A stretch of DNA of 64,000 nucleotides, taken from NCBI GenBank assembly GCA_965153455.1, contig OZ234493.1, positions 33,780,213 through 33,844,212 on the forward strand. Direction: 5' to 3'. The translations under genes and the position numbers were made by a program. Position 1 is the first letter of the stretch. Each line of letters begins with the position of its first letter. Positions 52,901-64,000 of this stretch are shown here, one piece after another. The notes beneath the pieces are model-generated. The model ran no database searches. It had not been told where the DNA came from and saw only the letters and a list, made by a program, of their open reading frames with translations. Source of the DNA: Sphagnum compactum (Eukaryota).

Positions 52901-55900
52901 GAGATTGGTCCAAATAGTACTCCCAACTTGCAGATGGACCCAACCAGCTCCACACTAGGCGGGCTTCATCATGAAAACGGCTTCCAGGGTGCAAGACCTG
53001 CAACGGAAAATGAAATTGCAATATCGAACGACAACATAGAGGTGAGTCTAAAACAAATGCTACTTGGAGATGTATCTAAACAACTCTAGCTATCTAGAGA
53101 CGTTCTCTAGTTCGTATATCATGTGCACGCTACCCTGAAGTTCGTTGGTATTATAATGGAAAGCCGTGTCTATACACCTCATGTAATCAAAATTCTCGTT
53201 ATATCAGAGACCTAGGATGGAAACGAGCAACATTGTTAGAGGAGAATCGACAACCTTACAAATGCAGCACATGAACAAGCTGCAGGATGAGAACACAAGG
53301 TACTTGCTCTCTCAGTGTTTAGGGTCCACAAGGTGAACACCCAAAGTTGTCTCCTGGTAATTCAAGTTGCTAAGTTTTAGGATCTGATGAACTTTGTTGT
53401 TTTCCAATCATCTTTTACACTTCAAGGAACTTCACGTGTCCTTGAATGCTAGTTTGTAGTCCTAAACCCTGTTTTTACATGTATGCTATTTATGACATGT
53501 CTGCTACATGTATGCTCATGGGTACTTGCCAGTTGATCCTGTTTAGACCTATTTATCATGTGCTCACGAAATTTCTGTTGTGTAGAAGTACGAAGGGTTT
53601 TGCATGTTGTGCAGATTCAAGGGTTTTGCATGAGGCCCAGTACTGTAGAATTAAAACTGTCAAGATCAGTGAATTGTTGATGTAGGGAAATCCTGATCTA
53701 ACAACTGAGAAACTCGGCTGACTTTGTGGGTCCCCGATTCTCTTAGAAACTATGGACTACGCAATCTCAGCCATCCGGGAAGCTTTGTGACTGGCCGATT
53801 CGAGACGCCAGGAAACTTGCAGCAAACCTTCAATGAGGTAGATTGGTCATGACCCATGTCAAGCTTGAACTATAGAGAGTCGAGACTAGCTGGAGATGTT
53901 TTGATATCATCATTACTCAAATCTAAATGGATCATCATCCCCGGGAAATTCGATTGTTTGCAGTTCAGTCCTCCGCCTTGAATTATCCTGTGCCTCAAAC
54001 AATTTCTTACACAAATATTTTCTTGACTTCAAGTAGTTTCAGCAGATCATGTGTAGACCTAGTTAGTAGCTAGAATTTAGATAGCCCAGCCCATGAAAAA
54101 GTCTGTTACGAAACGGTAAGGACCTTCAGTTCATTCGAAGACTCGGATGCTCATTGACAATTTATCCGCTTATATGATCCAGGACCAAAGCTTGCAAGAA
54201 GAAATGCATCTCAACACTGGGTTCTTCAAGAGAAGTTTGGAAGCTCAGCTTGTAGATCTGCGCCAGGCGGTAACAACTATTCAGGTTAGCCCTGAATCCT
54301 GGGCACCAGGCACTTCCATTTGCAATTCTCATGCTTAGGGATGGTAACAACTGGCTCACTCGGATTAGGTCAATTGATTTATTCATGAGATGGTCTCCAT
54401 GAGATTCTCTCTGTACAAAGTAGCTTTGAATTTCAACACAGGTTCGGAGCCTTGGAGTCACTCCCTATTACGGGCACTGGTCTCACAGAACGCGATTCTA
54501 TAACGACGGTTTTGCAGGGAGATCTTCGTATGGTTTCGAACATCCTTGGAATCCCAGCTGCATCTGAATGTCCTGGGACTTCTGAGGAACCGAATCTCTC
54601 GAGACACTCTACTGGTGACGAGACGTGCATCGCCCCAACCGTGGTGATGTCCGAGCATTTAACACCAGCTGCCTGCACCTCATCGATTTGCTGTTTACCA
54701 GTTGCAGGAGCTGCTGACAATGTCAGCTGTATCAGACAGTGCTCTCGCAGCATGAGTACTGATGGAATTGTTCCAGTTCCTGCATTAGAGCGAAATCAAA
54801 GTCACTGCACTGCCACAGTTGTTGCAAGTCAACCTGCCCAAATCGCAGGGAATACAACCCTCCCAATGAACTCAACTGAAAGTTCGTTTCTTCCCTTTGC
54901 AGCAGGTGCGTCACGTACCATTTCAGGCAACACGGTATTCTGTAACCCCCCTGCCAATTTCATTTGGCCCTCCTCAGGTCACTATATTGCTTTAAACCAG
55001 CTGCAGAATTATGGCTCTTCTGTGATCTCTGCTATGCACACATTACCAGCCGTTGCCGCATCACCCTCAACGTCCATGAACTGGCAGCAGAACACTCCCG
55101 CTGAAACAGCATATTCTGCTGGGAGGTCTGGCTGCATGCGACAGCAGTCATCAAACGGTTCAGCTACTCATCATCATCAGATCTCAGCTGCAGCTGCAGC
55201 TGCAAACGTAAGTACCCACAATCCTCATGTCCTCCTTCCTTTTCCTTTAGAGCTGTCCATGAATACATCGGAGCAGGATACTTGTATGTACGTCCAAAGT
55301 GACAATACTCCTGCTCCCTTATTAGTACAACAACAACCTTCTTTTTACCAGCCCCAGCAGCTGAGGTCAGAGCAGATGGATTTTGCAAACAACGGTCATG
55401 TGGTGACCAAACCTATTCGACCCTTACCTTGCCCAGTAATGAGGAGTCCCATGAGATCAAGTCCATACAGTGGTGAGCCACCAGTTCCAGTATCAGCTGG
55501 GTGGCTTGGAGTTGGGTTACATCCCAGTAGTTCCATGACTCACCACTCCGATCCTCATCATGGGTCCGCGAGTTCTCGGTTAAAGAAGTCGAGCTTGATC
55601 ATGCACCAACATCAGTTACAAACCAATATGGTTGCAGCAGCAGCAGCTGGGGATCGGATGATGATCAGCAGCAGCTTGCCACCCTACCCATGTATGTCCT
55701 TGGTCGATACCCAAACAATTGACTCTGCTATTAGAGACCATTGCCAGCTGCTAAGGGACAGAAACCGAGCAGCAGCAGCAGCAGCACAGGAGGGTGCAGC
55801 TGGACGTGATTCAACACCTTCTAGCAGTGGTCCAGCTGCAGCTAATACATCATCATCTTTTGTTGTACAATCCCCAGTAGTTGCAGCACTAGCTGCTGCA

Positions 55901-55990
55901 GCTCCCACTCCTGGAGATGAGCGTAGTACCACTACTCCGGATCCTCCTACACTCTCTCTGTCTCTCTCATTGTCTCTTGGGCCATCATGA
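49995..55990 (+). CDS. SWI1: DYAD/SWITCH1/AMEIOTIC1-family meiotic protein, about 1279 aa, 9 exons
   Basis: Predicted exons: 49995-50199, 50404-50492, 50761-51944, 52192-52614, 52861-53041, 53208-53299, 53747-53837, 54183-54284, 54518-55990, all GT-AG and phase-consistent. Family motifs: HEIDQRRLPPEAPLDLKSVRAVQIAEKTRLQTTVNYPT, PALDGTFTM, and GRWSCERYKSAQFKLIDIMHERG...PILRPALREEARKHIGDTGLLDHLLKHMTDTVV...RFRRRHNSEGAMEYWLE...AGIEDPSWVPPPDWMPGD. Exons 6-9 are less certain. Confidence 0.9.
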
Positions 55991-58184
55991 GAATAGTCAG
56001 TACACTAGCTTCTACAGCTCTCAGGGGTGGCATGATTTCAAACCCTTCCAGCTGCATGATGCATCCTGTCCAGAATGCTTCATTTGGTTCAAAACTGTAG
56101 CTCTTTTGACCAGTGCTCAGCACTAATTATTTCGTGTTCAATCTGAACCCTGGACCAGTGCATGGTGAATCAACTTCTTGCAGACTCATTGTCCATGGAA
56201 TGCACAGTAGCAGCAGTGTAATCATTCAGTTCTGGAACCAGGCATATATACATATAAACAGTAATATGGTATTCCAGAAAATTTCTATATCTTACAGATT
56301 GGTCAGCACTGGTTAAATTTGGATTGCTTTCAAAGGAATTGTCACATAAACTTGAAGGAATTACTCATATGGATTGTTGGAACTTGGAAGCATGGTCCCA
56401 TGTTTGATGTGCTTTAATAGCTGACAAACTCCCTCAAATCACACAATAATCTTCTTTTTTCTTTTGTGTTAAATATGTATCATTCATTGTTCTGAAAATA
56501 TAACCTTATAAATGGATGTTTGAATTGTTTTAACTAGTGTGAAAGTTTCAAGAAATTTATATCCGTGTCAAAGTATGGTTGGGTATCAAAAAGGATCACC
56601 TCCTTTTGTATCCAATGAACCTCTCACTTAAAACATGTTGTAATTTAATAGCACATTTATTTTGAAAATTTGATTTGATTTGTATTTTTCTATGTATAAC
56701 ATGTCAAATTTGACTAAGTTTGTAAATTCTTATCAAATTTTGAAAAAAATCTAAAATTCTGTTTTGTGGAATTTTTATTTTTTTAAAGACTCATAAGAAA
56801 TGTGTAAACAAATTTTTTTAAGTACCTTTAGTACAATTGAATGCCTGAGAAAAGTTGGGATTTTAAGCATGTGTTCAAAAAGGTTGATGAAAAATGAAAA
56901 AACACAACAAACTTTCAGTCCATGTACATAATACATATGTACATTAATATGTGAAAAACAATTAGTCCAAACAAACACTTTTTAAGCATTTGGCTTCTTT
57001 TAAGCTTGTTCACATGTACCTCGGTCCTCAATGAAAATTGGTGTAATATTTGTATAGTCAAAACTTGGGTCAACCTTTTACTACTATCAATAGGAAGTTC
57101 AAAGGTTTGAGAAATTTTGAGAAAGTAAATGTTAAATATTACTGGATGCATTAACAAAATTGGGGTACACTTGTAAAGGATTGTTTTGCCTTCAAAATCA
57201 TATTAATCAAACCTCAATTTTTTTAATTCATTGTTCCGATTACAATATATCTTATATCATTTTTATTGAACATTTATCATTATATAAAAGTGTATACATT
57301 TGAATCTATATGGTAAAAACTAATCATAATATTGATAATTAAAGGATATCTTTAAGTGGACTTAAAAGATGTCTAATGAATTGTGTCCAATGGCACAATT
57401 TTATCGAAAAAGAGTCAATAGGGGCTCATCCATGGTTGGTGCTCGAAAAAAGAATGTCTAATTGAAAAAGGATTGTAAAGATCACTTATAGATTTTCATA
57501 ATGTTCAATAGATCTAGAACTTATTTATAAATCTTGTGATTTCAAAAAGAAGTGTTTAAATAAATAAAAAAAGCCTGTAAAGAACAATCTTAAATTTTCT
57601 TAACTATCTAGTACATTGCAGTTCTAATATGTTGTTTGCCATGCTAGGTCAATTCTGAATGTACATTATTCTCAATTTCTAAACAAGTTACTAAGATCTC
57701 AGGTGCAACACATCTTAATTCTAATATGTGATTGATGTACATGTGAGAGTTCATGAAAATATTGTGTATATGAATATATAGTGTTAAATATGGTGCACAT
57801 GATATCTGGTTCTTGGTAACACTAAACCATTGGGTTAAACATGGATTAAAATTAGCGTCTTGAATTCAGTTTATTTTGCTGGGGTGATTGATAATCAAAG
57901 TGTTGATTATGTGGTTCAAGGACTAAGGGTTAATATTCGAAGGGTAGAAAATAGAAATTTGTTTCTAGGTCAACTAATTCAGTATTATTTGAATTAATGT
58001 CCACAAAAATGACTCTGGAGACTCCTATAACTTTCCACTCAATTTGAACAAGTCTTAGTGTGAGAATTGAACAAAGTGCATCAGTTAAAAACTATTAACT
58101 TAGAACTGGACATTTAAAGAAAGTTCATCATAGTTTGAGTGACTGACATCCATGGCCACCAAGTTGCAAGTAGACTTTGTGGAC

Positions 58185-61037
58185 TCAGAAGCTCTCCACA
58201 ACTCTGAGGATATTGTAAAAGAGGTTGACCACACTATCCAAAGGTCCAGGCAAGCAATAGTGCAAGCAATCACCAGCATGAACATGTCCATCAGGTCTCA
58301 AACTCAACATGCTATCCACATTCATGTAAATGTAACCCGCCCGCTCCACTATGGCTTTGGCCAGCAAATTTTGGGCATGGAAATCAGCCCAGTGAAATGG
58401 CATGTCTGGATCAGTTTGTCGCTCTTGAATTGGAGCATTGAAGCTCATACAATCAGGATGACCTGATGTCAACCAAGTGCATCAATTTGTGTTATTAACC
58501 TCCGGGGACCATTAATATTAATATCAAAATAAACACCAAATTAAAGGAAAGTTAAGAGCAGTGGAAGCTTCATGGATTCATAGACAGACATTTCTCAATG
58601 TATATATATATCTAGAGAGCTCTAAGCACAAGTAAACCCAGTTGAGTTCTAGTTTAGGGTTTAGGGTTCTAATCATCAATACAAAAATGTTAGGACATGT
58701 TCACATATATGGGCTGGAATAATCCAAGGAAAATAAAATTCTATCTTTATATACAAAAGCGTTCTAATCATAGATAACCCACATTGCAATTATAACATTT
58801 TTTTGGTGTCATCAACAAATTATGATATTCATCCTCATTTAAATGAATAATTGGGATCGAATCCAGTTAGATATGAAAGACTTTCCTTATTTAAATTTAC
58901 TTGTTGAGCCAACTAATCCATAGTGCATTTCCTAAGTTTTCTTATATTAAATATGGGATTGAACTAAAAATTTAGTCTTTTGTGTCAAACTACCAAGGTG
59001 CCTTTCTTAGTTGCTATATTGGATTTTGATGATCTCTTTTTAAGGTTAGTTCTTTTGTTTTAGTGGCGTTCTTAATTCTGGAAATTTATCTATAATGTTT
59101 TTAATATGTTGATCATGTGCATTTTTCATTTTTCTAATTAAATATACACGGTTACATAGGGCAAAAAATAGGGCAGCCCGAATTTGTAGCTTGGGCAAGA
59201 CTTAGTGAATAATAATAATTTCCAGAATATTCAATTCAGCTGGCCCTGCAGCATGATTTGGCACAAGGAACCATGGCATTTGGAGAGTTCCACTACAACA
59301 CCAGGGATCAGGCCACCAATGGCTAATTCTCTTACAATTTGGGTATTTAAGCCCAGTGCGACATTGCCAAAATGTGGGGGGCCGAACTCGGCTAATGGCT
59401 TTGTTCTAGGCCCCTTATTTTGAGAATGTCCCCACCCTAGGGTTTTACCATTACACACTTAAATTAATAGGTCTGAGTCCCTGCAACATACAACGGCCCT
59501 TCACAAAAAAAAGCCCTCAACAAAACCCTAGCGGGCCTGAGGACTTACCCTGCACTTTAGGTCTGCGTCCCTGCAATAATGATCCTAAACAAAATCCTGA
59601 ACAACCCAAACCCTTTAAAAAAAACAAAAAAAAACCCTAAACAGAACCCTAGAGTGAAAAGTAAGTGCTAGAGTAGTATGTACCTGGAGGGGTGTCGCGG
59701 TACACCACAAGAAGGTGAGGATATTGAGCTTGCAGCAAGGAGAAAGCATTTCTCAAGGCCTGGGTATAGACCTCGTCTGCTTCGTAGTGTGCACCTCTGT
59801 TGAGAACCAGGATTTGGATTTCCCACTGCTTCAAGTAGTGCACCCATGGGAATTCATGAAATTCTGGAATGCTTGAGAAGATTCCTGGGGGGATGAGAGA
59901 AAGGCGGTCATTTCGAACAAAGCCAAGCTTGAAGCCTTCACCTCCTGGAAGCACATCACTGCACACCTCCGCACTCTCTTCATCTGGCTGTGCTCTAGAT
60001 CCTCTATCCTCAACTTCCTTGTTCAGATTGTTTAGAAGTGTCCAGTAGATCTGTTGATTGATGGAATCACCCACAATCAGCACATTCCTTTTTGAACCGA
60101 TTTGTCTGCAGCAGCAGCCGTTCAAACAGAAAAAAATAAGGAGGGGGGGAGGGGGTCCAACAGTTATGATCCGCTGCAGATACAGAGTCTAAGATCCAAA
60201 TCTTAGTCGCTTCCAAGCAGATCTAGTGAAATTAGTTGCATGTGCATGAGAATCTGAGATAGCTGCCCATCTTACTTGCAAAAGTCGTTGCTGTTGAAAG
60301 GCAACAGAGGACAGCTCGAGTTAGTTTGCCATTCCCACTTAAGTGCCTCTCTCACCTTCCAGTTTTCTTCTGGCCTTTGAGACGCGTTGAGATCAACCTC
60401 CTGCTCCTGGCTTGCAGCAACGGCGTTCATAGCATCCAGATGGCGAACCTCGCACCTGTCCGAATGCGGATCCCCGGCAATGTTCCTTGCAAAAGCTCTG
60501 ACTGTGCCATTGTATTCCCACCTTCCACCTTCACTACAAGACACAGAAATCCAACAGACACACTTTCTAAATTACATTACTTCCAGGATTTTAGTAGAAA
60601 CTGTCCTAGAGTATATATTAACAAGTAGCTTGAAGCTGGTGCTAGCTTCCAGCTGCTATGATGGAAAAAATTGGAAAGAATTACTACCTGAAACAAGCAA
60701 CATGAGAACGGAAGCGTTGCACTGCAGAAAGTCCTTGGATAGAAGTCCCCCGAACTAGTGGCACAAACTTGGGTAGAGTAGGCTGGAAAAAGCTCACCAA
60801 AGACAAGGTTGCAGATGTGAAATCATGGTTGTCACTATAAGCTGGGCTCAAGGTCAAGAACAAGTGCCAGAAGAGCAGACCTAGCGTCCCTGCTACCATC
60901 ACCAAACCCAAAACAACTTCCCACACTGCAATTGTTGAAAGTACACTCCTACTGTTGCTGAGATGATACCATGTCAATCCTTGAAGTTTCCTCATCATCA
61001 CTCCTGCAACCCATGAATTTTCATTCCTAGAATCCAT
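58185..61037 (-). CDS. TRICHOME BIREFRINGENCE-LIKE (TBL/DUF231, PC-esterase SGNH) polysaccharide O-acetyltransferase-like protein, about 435 aa, 4 exons
   Basis: Exons (minus) 61037-60688, 60533-60276, 60105-59684, 58462-58185, all GT-AG and phase-consistent. N-terminal TM anchor; C..EGGRW; WEWQTNSSCPLLPFN; VLIVGDS; YRDTPPGHPDC; SLRPDGH...DCLHYCLPGPLD (GDS and DxxH catalytic motifs). Confidence 0.92.
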
Positions 61038-61680
61038 GAACACCCACTCGATCAATGCCTCCTTTCCACAATATATTTGTGATTTCACAAGTGGACCATA
61101 TATATATATAAATTGCCATAAAATTGTTTTAATTTGCTGAATTTATTTTATGGCAATTTGTACTAGTATATATAATTATTCAGCAGCCCCCATTAATCAG
61201 TCTAAACTAATTCAGCCCATGCAAGAGCTTAGTATCATGATCTCATACAATTCTTATCAAATTGTTGAATTCAGCTGAATCAGATCAAAGGTTCAGCTGC
61301 ACAGTATTATGATTCCTAGAGCATGGATGATTTGAAAGAGGTGAGGAATTTACAAAAAGCAAGCAGAATCACTCAAGCTAGATGATCATGGGGTGATTGC
61401 AGTCTACTACTACTTATTAAGAACCCCTGGACCAGTCAGGCTTCAATGACTGGAGCTGTGGATGCATGCAACACCCACCCACCCACCCACCCACCACGTC
61501 TCATGCCACAAAAAATTCATGGCAATGTGCTACACAGTCAAAGACGTGGGAACTTTAGCCAGAAAGAATTTAAAGGAAAAAAAATTATTTATGTATATTA
61601 CTGCTTCACATGATATTAACCTGTTGAGCCGCTATAGGGCCCCCTTGTGGGGGCAGATTTTTGCTATCATGCTATAGCCT

Positions 61681-62061
61681 TAGGGGTGCACATCATAAGT
61701 GGTTTTGTAACATGTTTAGAACAAATTTGTGTACAAATGCAGGAGTTATTGAATATTGTACAATCCCGTTATGTTGAAAACCCAATAAAATCAAAACTAG
61801 AAAGGTTTTAGTGTGTTTCAGGTTCACTCTGATTAGAACTGTTTAAAAACCCTCAATGAGGAAGGTTTTATGGAGGTGATTTCATAAGTTTTAGACCTCA
61901 GCTGTGGCCTAATGTATATTGAGTTTTGAGTAATTTTGGTCAAGCTGAAGATGCAGCATTTAAAAAAAATAAAATGAAGATTGGATTTCAGACTTAGGCT
62001 AAAGAAGTTGTTACGATTCAATATTACAATAATATGTGCTCAATGGCACATGTCACACTAA
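61681..62061 (+). mobile_element. 5'-truncated Helitron family C copy
   Basis: TAGGGGTGCAC...GAGTTATTGAAT...ATCAAAACTA is shared with 46411-46895. 3' end TGTGCTCAATGGCACATGTCACACTAA|T. Confidence 0.55.
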
Positions 62062-64000
62062 TTCCAATGTATTTTGAAACGTGTCTATTAAGCCAAAAGT
62101 GGTTAAATTTTGTGCCTTTGGTAAAGATTGGGAAAAAAAGAATGTACATTGAATCATGAATGTTGATTGAGTTTTTAGTCATAGATGTTTTCTTTTTAAC
62201 AAATTACGCAACCTTGGAGTTTCATGATGTTTACTATCATTGTTCAGGCACTAGGATGATTAATTGCTGCAGAACTTTGAGAAGAGAAAGTATGATCATG
62301 ATTCCTTCAAATGCTTAAATGTGAAAGATAACAAGCCCAGGCATTTGCCAGACTTGTTTTGTAATTGTTAACTGCACAAGAGGTTCTTATAAAAAGTTAA
62401 ATGTTTTAGTTGTGAGACATATTCATGCAAACATTGATGGGAGTTTGGATATTTGTCTAAATAATTTTTGCAAAGAGAAAAATTTGATAATATGTGATAC
62501 TAATTTGATGAGGTTTTCATGATTTCATACATTTATTTACTACTTAATTCTCCTTGAGTCCTAGGAGCAAACTTATACCAAAGATGGCCCCAAATGATGT
62601 ATAAGTCACATGTACATGTTATTGTTGCATTTGTTTCAAAGTTTTGTAAATTTGTTGACTCCTAAGGTTGGCCAATAGTGCAATAAAATGTCTTCTCCCA
62701 TTGAATGTGAATGGAGTTGAAAATCTTGAAATTTTAATGCTTGTGTTGTTTGTTTATTGGTATATATGACATAGCCCAGGGTCAGTTTCCAAATTAACAA
62801 AATGAATAATTTATTTTTTTCACAAAATGAATTTGCTTTTTGAATTTTGAATTTTTTTTTTCCCCATCATCTACTATGATATTGTGATATGAGTCGTGAA
62901 ATTATTCAAGATGTAGCCTATGATAATTATGATGATTTTCAACTTGTCAATTGCATATTTCCACAAAATTTTCGTTTCACTATTTTGGGGATTATTTAAT
63001 GACAAAACTGACCTTAGGGTAAGGTATTTGAGTCTAGAGATTCTCCATCATCATTTTGCATTCCATAAGAATTAGAATAAAACATGTACTCTATAATTCC
63101 TTCATATATGTTTTGAAGTCTATGATGGGTGTTTATTTCTACCAGCCACACTTTCTCACATGGCATAATATTATGCATGGCATGAGGACTTGAATCTTGA
63201 AGTCTCCTTCATTTTGCTTAGGGTTGCTATATTTTGAATCTGCGATGAAAAGTCACCAATCTGTATTTCATCAGTATATGACCCAGATGTAGTATGTTAA
63301 TCTTGTATCATATTTATGTTGATTCTTGGTGGCAATTGTGGATTGTCACCATGTATGTCCATTATAGCATTGCCGGGATTGAAACCAGTTTTACCAACGT
63401 TCACAGTACTTGATAATTAAAAGAGGAGGAAAATTTGAGTGAAGAGGATCTTGACATACCTAATCCAAATGTAATCACCTAAAGCTTCTGCTTCATCATA
63501 AAGTGAGAGAAACACCACCAAATGAAACCTCATCGGTCTCTTTTACATCAGCAACTCTGAACACAAAGTCATAATTCAATCTCCCAGACCTTCTACCTCA
63601 TTTCAAACACTCTATATGCTGATAGATGGGTTTATCAACAAGAGACCCAAAATCCAAAGAGCATCCAGAATAGAAAGAGGTCAAGTGAGCCTACCAAACC
63701 ATCCATGTTTAACCTTACAGAGAACAGAAAGGAACATATATCTCTCATATGAATAATCGAGAATTGTCCATTCTCACAATTAAGAGAAGTCAGAACAAGC
63801 TTAAAACTTCTTCTCTGAGTCATAGAAAGACTTCCCAGAAAAGGACTTCAAAAACTGAGTACAAAAGATAATACATTGACAGAGACAAAACAAGAACGAG
63901 AAAACAAAAAAGAATACACATGTAGTATGAACAACGGTGACAGTCTTTCACTTGTTCAGGGACCATCAACAGTAACATGTATGATAGGGACCTCTCTATC

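Noticed and set aside
60845-60860. TTCTTGACCTTG tasiARF-like 12-mer in the TBL coding strand
   Set aside because: It encodes F-L-T-L in exon 1 and has no flanking miR390 sites, so a chance match is likely.

Overview
This is eukaryotic plant nuclear DNA. The gene families, AT-rich repeat landscape and intron style suggest a bryophyte, probably a Sphagnum-like moss (inference only). Three protein-coding genes are well supported: (1) an intronless GPI-anchored lipid-transfer/xylogen-like protein with two eight-cysteine domains (3226-4374, +); (2) a nine-exon DYAD/SWITCH1/AMEIOTIC1-family gene of about 1279 aa ending in an EAR-like LxLxL motif (49995-55990, +); (3) a four-exon TBL/DUF231 SGNH-type O-acetyltransferase-like gene (61037-58185, -). 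About 9.5-36 kb is a nested transposon island. It contains a decayed pogo-like (HTH_psq + DD35D) transposase split by two non-autonomous CACTA elements, a decayed hAT element carrying a Tc1/mariner-type MITE and another CACTA, a fourth CACTA, PIF/Harbinger-type MITEs, GGGTG...CACCC MITEs with 4-bp target duplications (Sola-like) and non-autonomous Helitrons. The most unusual signal is a tRNA-like A-box/B-box cassette at an equivalent position and orientation inside three non-autonomous CACTA elements from two TIR families. A possible non-coding transcription unit at about 38.6-40.25 kb is more speculative. All calls were made by eye, and no database searches were run.
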